The notes beneath the pieces are model-generated. The model ran no database searches. It saw only the letters and a list, made by a program, of their open reading frames with translations, and had not been told where the DNA came from. Shown here one piece after another: positions 37,671 through 47,588 of a stretch of 64,000 nt of DNA. The DNA comes from Candidatus Bathyarchaeota archaeon (GTDB lineage Archaea > Thermoproteota > Bathyarchaeia > Bathyarchaeales > Bathycorpusculaceae). Position 1 is the first letter of the stretch. Each line of letters opens with the position of its first letter. The stretch covers positions 96,001 through 160,000 of the forward strand of contig CAWGZR010000011.1 in assembly GCA_963827165.1 (NCBI GenBank), read 5' to 3'. The position numbers and the translations under genes are program-made.

Positions 37671-38006
37671 ATGAGCAAAAAAGAATCTTCTAAACTTGCA
37701 GGCAAGGCATCAAGCCTTCCGGGCCTGATCGATTATCAGGAGGGCTCAGTGGTTAGCCGTACTTTAATCGACAAGAAAACGGGAACAGTTACCCTTTTCG
37801 CATTTGACCAGAATCAAGGCTTAAGCGAACACACCGCCCCCTACGATGCATTGGTTTACATAATCGAAGGAGAAGTTGGCATCACCATATTAGGTAAGCT
37901 GCTGACGCTAAAGCAGGGCGAAGTAACCATCTTGCCCGCCAATGAGCCTCATGCCTTATCGGCGAAAACAAAGTTCAAAATGCTCTTAACAATGATAAAA
38001 TCCTAA
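37671..38006 (+). CDS. Cupin domain protein
   Basis: TLFAFDQNQGLSEHTAP...EGE...PANEPHAL. Confidence 0.88.
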   Translation: MSKKESSKLAGKASSLPGLIDYQEGSVVSRTLIDKKTGTVTLFAFDQNQGLSEHTAPYDALVYIIEGEVGITILGKLLTLKQGEVTILPANEPHALSAKTKFKMLLTMIKS

Positions 38007-38620
38007 CCAAATTTGGTGCCCCACCTGTCCCTGAAACAGTACTCGCCAACCTGTTTTCTCTCTGGCGTCGGTGGCTCTTCATCTGGGTAACCCAACGCGA
38101 TGAGCGCCTCAGGTTCGACTTCGCTTGGAATTTCAAGTGTTTCCCGAACCGTCTCTTTGCAGAAACTGGGTGCACAAAACCAGCACGCCCCCAACCCAAC
38201 AGAATGCGCCGCCAACAGCATGTTCTGCAAAGATGCGGCAAGGCTCTGCATAGCTAAATCCCGCTCCAGCTTCTGCCGCTCAACTTCGGTAAACCTCGCC
38301 ATCCCATCCATGCTTAGACACGCAAGTATCAATGCAGGCGAGTCTGCGAATCTTTCAACCCGGAACTTAACCGTTTCAGGCTCAACGGAGACGCCGTCTC
38401 TTGCCCTGTCGGCAGCCCACGCCTTCGCCATAGCCTCCGCCAGCCGCCTCTTAACCTTGGGATCCGCCAAAACGATGAACCGCCACGGTTGAGCATTATG
38501 CGCTGAAGGCGCCCAACCAGCAGCCTCCAAAACCTCATTGATTAAGTCCCTTGATACAGGTCGGGCTTGATATTTCCTTACGCTCCGCCTCTCCCTAAGC
38601 ACACTCAACAAGTTTGACAT
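38003..38620 (-). CDS. Nitroreductase family protein (FbiB C-terminal-like)
   Basis: RRSVRKY, WAPSAHNAQPWRF and QNMLLAAHSVGLGACW. Confidence 0.88.
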   Translation of the reverse strand: MSNLLSVLRERRSVRKYQARPVSRDLINEVLEAAGWAPSAHNAQPWRFIVLADPKVKRRLAEAMAKAWAADRARDGVSVEPETVKFRVERFADSPALILACLSMDGMARFTEVERQKLERDLAMQSLAASLQNMLLAAHSVGLGACWFCAPSFCKETVRETLEIPSEVEPEALIALGYPDEEPPTPERKQVGEYCFRDRWGTKFG

Positions 38621-38670
38621 GAAAGATTGTATGTAGGTTTTTCTTTTTATCTCTTAAGCAAAAAAGCAAT

Positions 38671-39975
38671 TCAATTTTCAGCCTTATGTTTCTTGAAGTA
38701 AAGCAGAAAGCCAGCTGTCCCGACGATCACTGCTATTGCTCCTGATATGGTTGCAACTGTTACTGTTGGGAACGGCTGCTCTGGACTCGCAACGTCGAAA
38801 ATAATGGTCTGTGAAGCGCTAACATTTCCAAAGGTGTCGTTAGCATAGACTGTAATATTGTGCAAACCTTTGGAAAGCGAAGTTATGGTGGTATTACCAG
38901 TTACGGTCACGTTTTGTTGTCCATCCAAACTGTAGCTACTCCAACTAACAGTTTTAACCGGCGACAAAACGTTCACGTTGAAAACTAATGAAACACTGGA
39001 TTTGTCATATGTTTGGTTCAGCGGAGACAAAAGCGATATTTCTGGTGAAGCCGTCTGCATTGCATAAAACGTACTGTTGAAAGGCTCCATTAGCGGGTAA
39101 TAGTCAGAATTATTCAAAAAAGAAGAATTTTCATCTGGTCCATCTATGACGTATGGTTTGTTACCTATTCCTGACTTGCCTATTTCCTGGGCGTGATAGT
39201 TCACCCAAAAGTTTCCGCCAGAAGGATAACCGTTATCCCAAATGTTCAGAGAGCCAGAATAGGAATCTTGAGCCTGCACTCCCTGGTCGATTTCGAAATT
39301 ATTATGGTAAATGGTATTGTTCGAGGATTCGTCAAAATAAATGCCTGAAGGATAGTCATACACATATCCACGTGCCTTCTGAGCAGCCGAAGTGAAAATT
39401 ATTGTGTTATCGACCAGTAAATTGTATGCAGTATCGCTGAATTGAATATTCTGATCATTATTTACCAAATTATTTCCAATTATGATATTTGAATGTCCGC
39501 CCACAACAATTATTCCAGCAAAGCTATCATAATATACGAAAACCCCTACAAAATCTGATGCCGCTGTGACCTCTTTTATTGTATTGTTAGAAACAAAACT
39601 ATTTGATGCGCCACTCAAATAGAGACCACAGAAAAAACCTCTTGAGTCATCTCCAAATCGTCCACCGCCATTAATGGCAAAATTTTTTATGGCAACCCTT
39701 GACATGCCGTCAACCAGAATTCCTCCTGACAAAGTTTTTCCGTTTCCATCAAGCGTTATGTTGCTTTTTTCGACCAATATGTTTCCGGTTGTGTCACTTT
39801 CCAAAACGTATGAGTTGCCAGTTTGCTGTATTTGTGAATTTTCAGGATTTACCTTACCGTCAGCGCCTATGGTGATGTTGCTTGATGATGCCTGAGCTTT
39901 AGTTTGTAGAAAAGAGTAAATACTCAACGCCAATAGGCAAAGAAGGGCCAAGGCGAAGAGAATTGTTTTTCTCAT
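38671..39975 (-). CDS. Secreted NosD/CASH beta-helix protein with Ig-like domain and C-terminal membrane anchor
   Basis: Signal peptide; SNNTIYHNNF and WDNGYPSGGNFW; YSLDGQ.N; PEQPFPT-TM-YFKKH tail. Confidence 0.85.
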   Translation of the reverse strand: MRKTILFALALLCLLALSIYSFLQTKAQASSSNITIGADGKVNPENSQIQQTGNSYVLESDTTGNILVEKSNITLDGNGKTLSGGILVDGMSRVAIKNFAINGGGRFGDDSRGFFCGLYLSGASNSFVSNNTIKEVTAASDFVGVFVYYDSFAGIIVVGGHSNIIIGNNLVNNDQNIQFSDTAYNLLVDNTIIFTSAAQKARGYVYDYPSGIYFDESSNNTIYHNNFEIDQGVQAQDSYSGSLNIWDNGYPSGGNFWVNYHAQEIGKSGIGNKPYVIDGPDENSSFLNNSDYYPLMEPFNSTFYAMQTASPEISLLSPLNQTYDKSSVSLVFNVNVLSPVKTVSWSSYSLDGQQNVTVTGNTTITSLSKGLHNITVYANDTFGNVSASQTIIFDVASPEQPFPTVTVATISGAIAVIVGTAGFLLYFKKHKAEN

Positions 39976-40133
39976 CCCAATCTGCCCACTCTGCGTTTCT
40001 TAAAGTAAGCCTGCGAACCATCAACCATCACAAACTCTGGACCTCCAAACACCGTGAATATTGTTGAGGTTAGGAACGGCGCAGGGTTAGCAACGACGAA
40101 AATGATTGTTTCTGATGCCCCAACGTTTCTCAT
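39972..40133 (-). pseudogene. Orphan degenerate C-terminal anchor module of a secreted-protein gene
   Basis: MRNVGASETIIFVVANPAPFLT...YFKKRR resembles the tail GNVSASQTIIFDVASPEQPFPT...YFKKH of the adjacent gene. Confidence 0.55.
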
Positions 40134-40393
40134 GCTTTTCCCATGAAGTGCAGTGGCGCTCTTTGTTGATTAAAGGGTTTTTGTCAATGTTTATGAACTA
40201 AGCGTTTGGGTTTAGTCAAGATTTGAGAGTGTGTGAAAACTCAAATTTCTCCGAAGAAGTTGAGTCGTATTTGTGTAAATCCCTTTACAATACAACTATT
40301 TTTCACATAAAACAATCATTTTTCTGAAATTGAAAATAGTTTTTATACAACCTCATTTCTCGACAAAGAGCATAGCGAACCATTTAGGTTGAG

Positions 40394-41422
40394 TTAAGTT
40401 CTGTTAGGCTCAAGAATGACTTTAAGTGATTGTCCTGCTTCAGCCATCAATCGAAACCCTTCCTGCGCCTCGCTCAAAGGAAGCATATGCGTGATCATGT
40501 CGTTAACATCCAGCCGCTTCGTCGCCAGAATCCGCAGGGAATCCTCCAGGTCGTTTGGGGCGGCGCCGTAGCTGGTTTGCATCTTGATTTCGTTTCTCCA
40601 GAATTGGTTAATCGGCACGGGCAGCTTCACGGTTGGGTCGGGAACCGCGAAGAACAGGATGGTTCCACCATTGTCTATGCAGTCCATAGCTGACAGCGAC
40701 GCGGATGTGGCTCCTGTGCAGACTATGACTTGGTCGGCTAAGTGCCCATCGTTTATTTCTTTGAGCCTAGCTGGTAGGTTGTCCTTGGCATTTAAGCCGT
40801 GGGTTGCGCCGAATTTTTTGGCAAGCCCCAGCCTGTATGGGTTAATGTCGGAGACAAAAATATTTTTTAAGCCTTTGAATTTGGCAAGTTGCGTGTGTAG
40901 AATTCCTGCGATGCCGCTGCCGATAATCAGAACGGTGTCGTCTTTTTGCAAGTTCGCTAATCGTTGACCGCGGGAAACACATGCCAATGGCTCAATGAAA
41001 GTGCCCTCTTCAAAGGACATGTCGTCGGGGAGCTTGTAGATACCAAAGTCGATGTTGATTTTTGGAACCCGAATGTACTGCGAGAAGCCGCCAGGGTAAT
41101 AATTCGTTGTGTGAAGTGTGTGGCATGCAGTATGGTAGCCTTTCTTGCAATACCGGCACCTGTTGCAAGGGACATGGTGGGAAACGAAAACTCGATCGCC
41201 GACATTGAGGTTTTCAACTTTATCACCGACTTTGTCGATGATGCCCGTTGCTTCATGACCTAAAACAATCGGCGCCTTTGGCACACGATACCACTCGATG
41301 ACGTCACTGCCACAGATACCGCTTGCCATAACCTTAAGCAATGCCTCATCCTCTCCGATTTCAGGAACGGGCACATCTTGGATACGGACGTCGTGGTTGT
41401 TGTAGTAGACGGCGGTTTGCAC
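40394..41422 (-). CDS. Zn-dependent dehydrogenase (sorbitol/threonine dehydrogenase-like MDR)
   Basis: GICGSD, GHE, CNRCRYC...C and IIGSGIAG. Confidence 0.9.
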   Translation of the reverse strand: MQTAVYYNNHDVRIQDVPVPEIGEDEALLKVMASGICGSDVIEWYRVPKAPIVLGHEATGIIDKVGDKVENLNVGDRVFVSHHVPCNRCRYCKKGYHTACHTLHTTNYYPGGFSQYIRVPKINIDFGIYKLPDDMSFEEGTFIEPLACVSRGQRLANLQKDDTVLIIGSGIAGILHTQLAKFKGLKNIFVSDINPYRLGLAKKFGATHGLNAKDNLPARLKEINDGHLADQVIVCTGATSASLSAMDCIDNGGTILFFAVPDPTVKLPVPINQFWRNEIKMQTSYGAAPNDLEDSLRILATKRLDVNDMITHMLPLSEAQEGFRLMAEAGQSLKVILEPNRT

Positions 41423-41454
41423 GCGATTTCACCGAGAAAAAGGAAATTAGCTGG

Positions 41455-42249
41455 TTAAGCTTTGCCAGCTTTTACCTGTTCAAAGAGGTCATTTGCTTCT
41501 TGCGAAGTGTAACTGTCGTGGACGATAGCTCTGATGGCTCTAATTGCCGCCACTGGGCTTTCAGTTTGCCAGACGTTTCGGCCTAAGTTAACGCCGATGG
41601 CTCCTGCTTGCATGCCGTCATAAACGAAGTCGAACACTTGCTTTTGAGTTTCTGTCTTTGGTCCACCTGCAATCACGACGGGGACTGGGCATCCGTCAAC
41701 GACTTTTCGGAAGTTATCGCAATAATAAGTCTTAACCACGCGTGCACCGATCTCGGCTGAAACACGGGCAACCAACGCCAAATATCGAGCTTCCCTCTTT
41801 TCCAGTTCTCTCCCAACAGAAGTTACAGCCATCACTGGCACCCCGTATTCCTCGCAATCGTCAACGAGCTTAGCCAGATTGGTTAGGCTTTTGTTTTCGC
41901 ATTTAGTTCCTACGAAAACTGACATGGAAACCGCCATGGCGTTGAGGCGTAGGATTTCCTGGATGGATGTGACGACGCTTTCGTTGGCCAAGTCTTCGCC
42001 TGCCAATGTTACAGCGCCTGAAACCCGCATGATAATTGGCTTCTCGATGGCTGGGTCTATGCAGTTTCTGAGGACTCCGCGCGTTAGCATAAGCGCGTCG
42101 GCGTACTCGTAGATTGGTTTGATTGTTTCGCCGGGCTTCTCAAGACAATGGATTGGTCCTTGGAAGTAGCCGTGGTCAACGGGTAAAAAGACTGCTTTTC
42201 CATCTTTTTGGATAAGACGGCTTAACCTGTTTTTCATACCCCACTCCAT
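41455..42249 (-). CDS. lsrF: LsrF-like class I aldolase/thiolase
   Basis: MEWGMKNRLSR, DHGYFQGP, VVKTYYC and VPVVIAGGPK. Confidence 0.85.
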   Translation of the reverse strand: MEWGMKNRLSRLIQKDGKAVFLPVDHGYFQGPIHCLEKPGETIKPIYEYADALMLTRGVLRNCIDPAIEKPIIMRVSGAVTLAGEDLANESVVTSIQEILRLNAMAVSMSVFVGTKCENKSLTNLAKLVDDCEEYGVPVMAVTSVGRELEKREARYLALVARVSAEIGARVVKTYYCDNFRKVVDGCPVPVVIAGGPKTETQKQVFDFVYDGMQAGAIGVNLGRNVWQTESPVAAIRAIRAIVHDSYTSQEANDLFEQVKAGKA

Positions 42250-42370
42250 AACGATTACTCCGAGTGGACTTCTTTGGCTTCAGGATTAAATAACCTTATC
42301 CTTCAATTATGCCAAATTTAATTTTGCCGCGAGCATTTGATTAATTCAAGTTTTCTTAAAACAAAGTGCG

Positions 42371-42703
42371 CTATTTTTTTGTCGGGGCTTGCGGGTCATA
42401 GGGCTTTAGTTTTCCATTTTCGTCTGTTATGAACAATTGAAAGTCATATTCTCTGCAGTAGTTCTTGAAATCTCTCCACTGCACCTTGTCGCCTTCAAAA
42501 TCTTTTTCACTTACAATTTGGCAAATACGTTTCAGACAACCTTTATGCGCCAAAACATCAGGTATGACGCCACCGACCTCGCTTGGTTTTTCCCAGCCTT
42601 CAGTGTTCGCTTTTACCAGCCAGTTCTCTTTTTTGAGGTCTTCAGCAATAGTTCTAACACAAGAATCATGTGAATTTAGTTCTTTAGATTTTTTCGTTTC
42701 CAC
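42371..42703 (-). CDS. Hypothetical protein with possible degenerate PD-(D/E)xK fold
   Basis: H..CV..IA..L...W.V...IPDVLAHK pattern. Confidence 0.6.
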   Translation of the reverse strand: METKKSKELNSHDSCVRTIAEDLKKENWLVKANTEGWEKPSEVGGVIPDVLAHKGCLKRICQIVSEKDFEGDKVQWRDFKNYCREYDFQLFITDENGKLKPYDPQAPTKK

Positions 42704-42903
42704 AATAACACCCTGCTGATTGTTGTTTTAAGATTGTTTTCTAGAGATTTAAAGTTGAACCTTTGGGGCGCTCTTCTCCCAAGGTTATGATTTTGGTCCT
42801 TAATAATGAATCCTCCTCCTTGCCAAAGAAACATGGCGCTCTGAGGTTTTAAGCGGATTTCGTAAACGAAATATTACTAAACAAAATACTAAATACTCCT
42901 TTT

Positions 42904-43473
42904 TTAGGCGTAATAGTTTGGGTTTTCAATCAGGTTTGCCATCGCGAACCTTTCCGCGAGGACGCTATCAACAAACGAACTATTTTGCTTCATCCTTCTT
43001 ATTTCCCTGTTTGTTCCATGTTTTAGTCTCCGCGTGGAAATTTTGGTTTCTGGTCTTGGAAACCCGCATGACTGCATTTTCAAGGGGTCAACATGGGTTC
43101 TTATTGAGACGTTTTTGTACCAATTTTCTGCTGCATTCTTCGGCTTCGCCTTTTGCCATGCGATTTTTTCATGCTTTATTTCCTCTTCGAACTCTGGGAA
43201 AGCAGGCGAGTTTTCGTCAAGGATGTGCCCGAGTTCATGCCTCACTATGAGTTTGGTTGTGTTTGTAAGTTTGCCAGCGTTTATGTCTCGTTTGACAGCT
43301 ATTTTGACATATTTTTCTGTTGCTTCTGAAATGCCTCCCGAATCGTAAGCATCGACGGCTAATAAGTCAAGTCCCTTCAGTTTCTTGAGCGTTTGTTCGC
43401 CGTACTGCGTTTTCAAAAAGTTTTCTGCATATTCCCTTATCTGTGCCCCGATACATTTCGTAGTCGTTTCCAA
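42904..43473 (-). CDS. Hypothetical protein with HExxH zincin motif
   Basis: IVRHELGHILD...HEKIAW. Confidence 0.65.
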   Translation of the reverse strand: METTTKCIGAQIREYAENFLKTQYGEQTLKKLKGLDLLAVDAYDSGGISEATEKYVKIAVKRDINAGKLTNTTKLIVRHELGHILDENSPAFPEFEEEIKHEKIAWQKAKPKNAAENWYKNVSIRTHVDPLKMQSCGFPRPETKISTRRLKHGTNREIRRMKQNSSFVDSVLAERFAMANLIENPNYYA

Positions 43474-43639
43474 TGTGCCTTCTCCTTCCTCAAGTCACAT
43501 GAAAGGAGAAATGGTTTAATGGCGCTTGTTCTAACCTTAGGAATATTCTGGATTTCGAAATATCCCCTTAAAACCAACGCTTGGAGGCAGCCGGTTGTTC
43601 ACGCCCTTTGGTTGCCCATTTACCGGCTGTTTTGCAGAT

Positions 43640-43999
43640 TTACTTGTTTTCTTCTGACTTGTATTTAGCCATGGCAGCCTGGATCAGTTGGTTTCGGTCT
43701 TTGAACTTCCCCGCTTTGACTTGCTTATCCGCCCAGTCGAGGAACGCCTTGTCCAAGTTAACCAGAACCGTCTGTTCGCAGTCTTTCAGTTCTTTGCTGA
43801 TTAGTATCAAGTAGCCTTTTTCGATGAGCCAGTGGTGAAACTGCCAGGTAGTGCAAAGACATGCGTTGTTGCACTTCTTCCTTGTCTCTTCGTATTCAGG
43901 TGAACCTTCCGAAAGTCCGTCGAGTTTCACCTGAACGGGGCATTTTACTTCTTTGCAGAATTCTCTTCGCTTATACTCAGCGAACCCTTCGACAGCCAT
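43640..43999 (-). CDS. Cys/His metal-binding domain fused to C-terminal ribbon-helix-helix domain
   Basis: FCKEVKCP...CNNAC.C..WQFHHWL, then VLVNLD...WADKQVKAGKFKDRNQLIQAAM. Confidence 0.65.
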   Translation of the reverse strand: MAVEGFAEYKRREFCKEVKCPVQVKLDGLSEGSPEYEETRKKCNNACLCTTWQFHHWLIEKGYLILISKELKDCEQTVLVNLDKAFLDWADKQVKAGKFKDRNQLIQAAMAKYKSEENK

Positions 44000-44103
44000 C
44001 TTACATCGCGCCTAACTTTGCATTTAAAACTAAATAAGTGTTGTTTTGATCATTGGAAAAATTTGGGATGCACTTTTAAGGCAGTTTTTTGATTTGTTGA
44101 TGT

Positions 44104-44742
44104 ATGCCCCTGCTCTATCTCTTAGGTGGAGAAAACGTTGTTAAGCGAAGTGCATCTGAAATTAACGAGCAGGCGCTCCAAGACGCAAAGGCGCCCCGTT
44201 CCGTCGCGGTTCTTCCTTGGGCGCGAGCGTCGTTTGACCGAAAATACGAGAAAAGAAAAATCTTCACCGACTACTTCATCAGCCTCGGTGCTGGCGCCGT
44301 AGATTTTGTGGAATACTCCGATGCAACCGAATCAATTGCAGAAAAAATTTCTTCGTCAAACCTGATTTATTTGACCGGTGGCTACGTCAACGCTTTAGTT
44401 GAACGCCTTAGAAAAAGGCATGTAGACGATCTGCTTCGCATATACAGTGGAGTCATTGTGGGCAGAAGCGCAGGCGCATTGGCTCTTTGCAAAAAATGTG
44501 TCATAACTTGCCGTAGCAACCAAAAAATCCGTTTAGTCGAGGGTCTAGGTTTAGCCGATTTAACCCTTAAGGCTCACTACAAACCTCAAAAAGACGCTGC
44601 GCTTCTGGTTCTTTCGAAAGGCGAGAAAATCTATGCGGTTCCCTCCCGTTCTGCAATCGTTTACGACACGGGTGTGTGCTCACTCATGGGAGAAGCTTAC
44701 CTGTTTGAGGACGGCAAAAAGAAATCTGTAACAACTTTCTGA
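44104..44742 (+). CDS. Peptidase E / S51 family
   Basis: IYLTGG, GRSAGA nucleophile and KAHY. Confidence 0.85.
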   Translation: MPLLYLLGGENVVKRSASEINEQALQDAKAPRSVAVLPWARASFDRKYEKRKIFTDYFISLGAGAVDFVEYSDATESIAEKISSSNLIYLTGGYVNALVERLRKRHVDDLLRIYSGVIVGRSAGALALCKKCVITCRSNQKIRLVEGLGLADLTLKAHYKPQKDAALLVLSKGEKIYAVPSRSAIVYDTGVCSLMGEAYLFEDGKKKSVTTF

Positions 44743-44765
44743 ATTATTTTTGAAGCCTAGACGAT

Positions 44766-44987
44766 TTATCTGTGGTACTTTGTTGCCCAGACAACTCCTG
44801 TTAAAACAAGAAATAGAAGAGCTACTCCGAAAACTGCGAGGGGAATCTTGAAAGCCAGTTCATTGTGCAGAACCGTTGTGGTAGGCAACCCGCCTAGGTA
44901 AGCTGCCAAGAAAACAACTACGAAAACTGCGCCTGCTCCCTCGAAAGAATACAATAATGCGGTTAATTTTTTGTCAGGTGAGGTCAT
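44766..44987 (-). CDS. Small 2-TM membrane protein
   Basis: Two hydrophobic helices; ATG with AAGGAG upstream. Confidence 0.65.
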   Translation of the reverse strand: MTSPDKKLTALLYSFEGAGAVFVVVFLAAYLGGLPTTTVLHNELAFKIPLAVFGVALLFLVLTGVVWATKYHR

Positions 44988-45125
44988 GCCGGGCTCCTTC
45001 TTTGGCTCGATTAATGATTAAGTTCAGTTTGTATTTAACGTTACCTCATTCCTTTCCAGCAGCAACGCCGAACCGCAAATGTAATATAGTTTAAGACACG
45101 ATTTTTGATACGTCGCGGTAAAGTT

Positions 45126-46076
45126 ATGGGTACAGAAAAATTCTATTCGCCTCTCAAAATTGGGCTATTCTTGGTAGTCTTATCATATTTCTTGTTTGCG
45201 CTGCATGACACTTTTACGCTGTCATGGTTCGGCGAATGGAACCGCATATATCCAGGGCATTTCCTCTTCGAAGTTTTCGCTGAAGACCTCATTGGCTTCG
45301 TCGGGACAATTTCAAGATTCATAGCTGGAATCGTGGCGTTCACCGTAATCATCTATTACTTCGCCAAAAAAGATATCCTAAAACCCGCGGCGTTCAATGC
45401 TGTCAGGTTGATTCTGATTCTTGAGGGAATCTACTGGGCGCTGGCGTTTCTCCCAACAGCATACTTTGCAGTCAAAGACACGTTTTTTACAAATATGTAC
45501 AGCCATTATTCCTTATCGGCATTTCTGAACTTATTTGCAACAGGTACATTGCCCGTGCTAGTTGAATCCATAGCTACTCCTATCATGCTTTTTGTTTTTG
45601 TTTACAAACTGAACCCCGGCAAACCCTTGAAGGCAGCGTTGAGGTGGGGCATGATCACTGGTACATTTTACGTTTTCCTGTTTTGGCTGCTTAACACGAC
45701 CATCTGGGTTTCAGTGATAGGCGAGAAAGGAAAAGGATGGGGATTCCTAACCTCTAACCCGCAGTACCTTCTAAGTTTCGTTTTGACAGCGTTTGGACTG
45801 CTGCTTTTGGGATTTTACGCAGCGGGCTTCACTTTAAAATCGAGAAGAATAGAAACTATGCAAGAGTTGAACCTCAAAAAAGTCGGCGTCATAGTTTTGG
45901 CTCTCGGCCTGTATTTCCTGTGGAATTATTTAACGTGGATTTTCTTCGGAGGCTGGAACGATTGGTACGCCTGGTTCCTCGGACACAACGAAGACCTCTG
46001 GGCACTGTCGCTTCCTCTGCTCGGGCTGCCACTGATGTTTTCCCGCAAGCCTCAGGAAAAAGACGGTTCCACATAG
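45126..46076 (+). CDS. Polytopic membrane protein, unknown function
   Basis: About 8 hydrophobic segments. Confidence 0.75.
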   Translation: MGTEKFYSPLKIGLFLVVLSYFLFALHDTFTLSWFGEWNRIYPGHFLFEVFAEDLIGFVGTISRFIAGIVAFTVIIYYFAKKDILKPAAFNAVRLILILEGIYWALAFLPTAYFAVKDTFFTNMYSHYSLSAFLNLFATGTLPVLVESIATPIMLFVFVYKLNPGKPLKAALRWGMITGTFYVFLFWLLNTTIWVSVIGEKGKGWGFLTSNPQYLLSFVLTAFGLLLLGFYAAGFTLKSRRIETMQELNLKKVGVIVLALGLYFLWNYLTWIFFGGWNDWYAWFLGHNEDLWALSLPLLGLPLMFSRKPQEKDGST

Positions 46077-46206
46077 ATTTCTTGGTTTTGGATTCCCGTT
46101 CCACAAGCCAAAGTTCGCATCTCTGAACGGAACTTTGCGAAGGTGGAACTGCTGAGATTATGGTAACTTTTTTTAAACAGTTTCGCGGAATACAGTTTGA
46201 TTTGCT

Positions 46207-46905
46207 ATGCGTAGATTTGCTTTTCTCGTAGTTGCTATAGCTTTGTTGGCGGTTAGCCCGCTACTGGGTGCAGTTTGCGCTCAGAGCAGTGTGGTGGGTG
46301 TTAAGGCAGGCGACTGGATACGCTACGACGTTGCCGAAACAGGCAATCCGATATCCGAGTACAATATTACCTGGGCGACAATGAACATCACAGCCGTCAA
46401 CGGCAAAGTCATAACCGTAAACGTTCTAACCCAATACGGCAACGGAACCCTCCTTGCAGAACCCGGAATAAACCTCAACGTTGCAACTGGTGCAATCGGA
46501 GACGGCTTCTTCGTCCCGACAAACCTCAAAGCAGGCGACCGATACTCCACAGAATACGAAGGCATAATAAACATAACCAGCGTCGAGCAAACTCAAGCCG
46601 GTGGCGCGACACGGTCCGTGCTCGTCGGCGTGACTAGTCAAAGCATCTACAACTGGGATAAACAAACCGGCATCATGGTTTCCGCGACCTCAAACCTGCC
46701 AGGTTGCGTGATGCACACTACGACAAGCTCGACCAACCTTTGGGCACCACAGAACCAAGCATCCAAAATTCTAGGCTTAAACCAAACCCTGTTCTACGCG
46801 CTTGTAATTACGATAGTCGGGGTTGTGGCGGTTTCGGCGGGCGCTGTTTTGCGGATTGTTCAAAGCAGGAAAAGGCTTCTGCTGTTTCCGCTTCATGAAA
46901 GGTGA
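46207..46905 (+). CDS. Secreted membrane-anchored protein (VGVKxGDW family)
   Basis: Signal peptide, VGVKAGDWIRY, WDKQTGIMV and C-terminal TM. Confidence 0.75.
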   Translation: MRRFAFLVVAIALLAVSPLLGAVCAQSSVVGVKAGDWIRYDVAETGNPISEYNITWATMNITAVNGKVITVNVLTQYGNGTLLAEPGINLNVATGAIGDGFFVPTNLKAGDRYSTEYEGIINITSVEQTQAGGATRSVLVGVTSQSIYNWDKQTGIMVSATSNLPGCVMHTTTSSTNLWAPQNQASKILGLNQTLFYALVITIVGVVAVSAGAVLRIVQSRKRLLLFPLHER

Positions 46906-47009
46906 CTTCAAACTCTAAGGTAAGGCAAGAAGCTTGAGGTAAATGATAAGTATCTCTTGCTAACAATGCAATAAAAAAGTGACAATAAAGGTGCTTGGAA
47001 GGGAACTTA

Positions 47010-47420
47010 ATGAGAAGTGCAAATAGAATTCTCTTGCTTAGAATAAGCTTCTGGCTAGGCGTAGTCATTGACGGCTTTGTCGCAGTGCAACTATTACTGC
47101 CCAACTTCTGGGCTTCCTTCGACGGTTTGAAGCCATATGCGCCATCGACTACCCTCAATTTCGGCTTAGGCATCGCCAGCGCGTTAATGTTTGGCTGGAC
47201 TTTTTTGTTGATTTGGGCTGACAGAAAACCGCTTGAAAGAAAGGGCGTCCTGCTGTTAACGGTGGTTCCAGTGATTTTGGGTCTTGCTATGAATAACGTG
47301 TTCGCTGCCACGTCGGGATTGCGATCGCTTCAAACAGTGCTTCCCGAACTTGCACTCCAAACGGGACTCGCTGCCCTATTCACCTTCAGCTACATCAACG
47401 CCCGACAAGCAACTAAATGA
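47010..47420 (+). CDS. Membrane protein (4 TM)
   Basis: ASALMFGWTFLLIWADRKPLERKG. Confidence 0.7.
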   Translation: MRSANRILLLRISFWLGVVIDGFVAVQLLLPNFWASFDGLKPYAPSTTLNFGLGIASALMFGWTFLLIWADRKPLERKGVLLLTVVPVILGLAMNNVFAATSGLRSLQTVLPELALQTGLAALFTFSYINARQATK

Positions 47421-47588
47421 TTCGTTGGAAGACTGTTTATTACAGGACAGAAGTTTAGGTTCAATTCAGTTTTTGAACCTCAATTATTGCGGCCTCAGGA
47501 TTAGAGTCTTCGAAAAACTATCTTAGTAGTTTTTGACTAATCCCAAAGCTTATAGGTATCTTGCTTAATAGCCCAAAGTAGAGAAAAC

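Noticed and set aside
47457-47480. AGGTTCAA-N8-TTGAACCT inverted repeat
   Set aside because: It is a single occurrence just after a stop codon; a terminator hairpin, an operator and chance cannot be distinguished.
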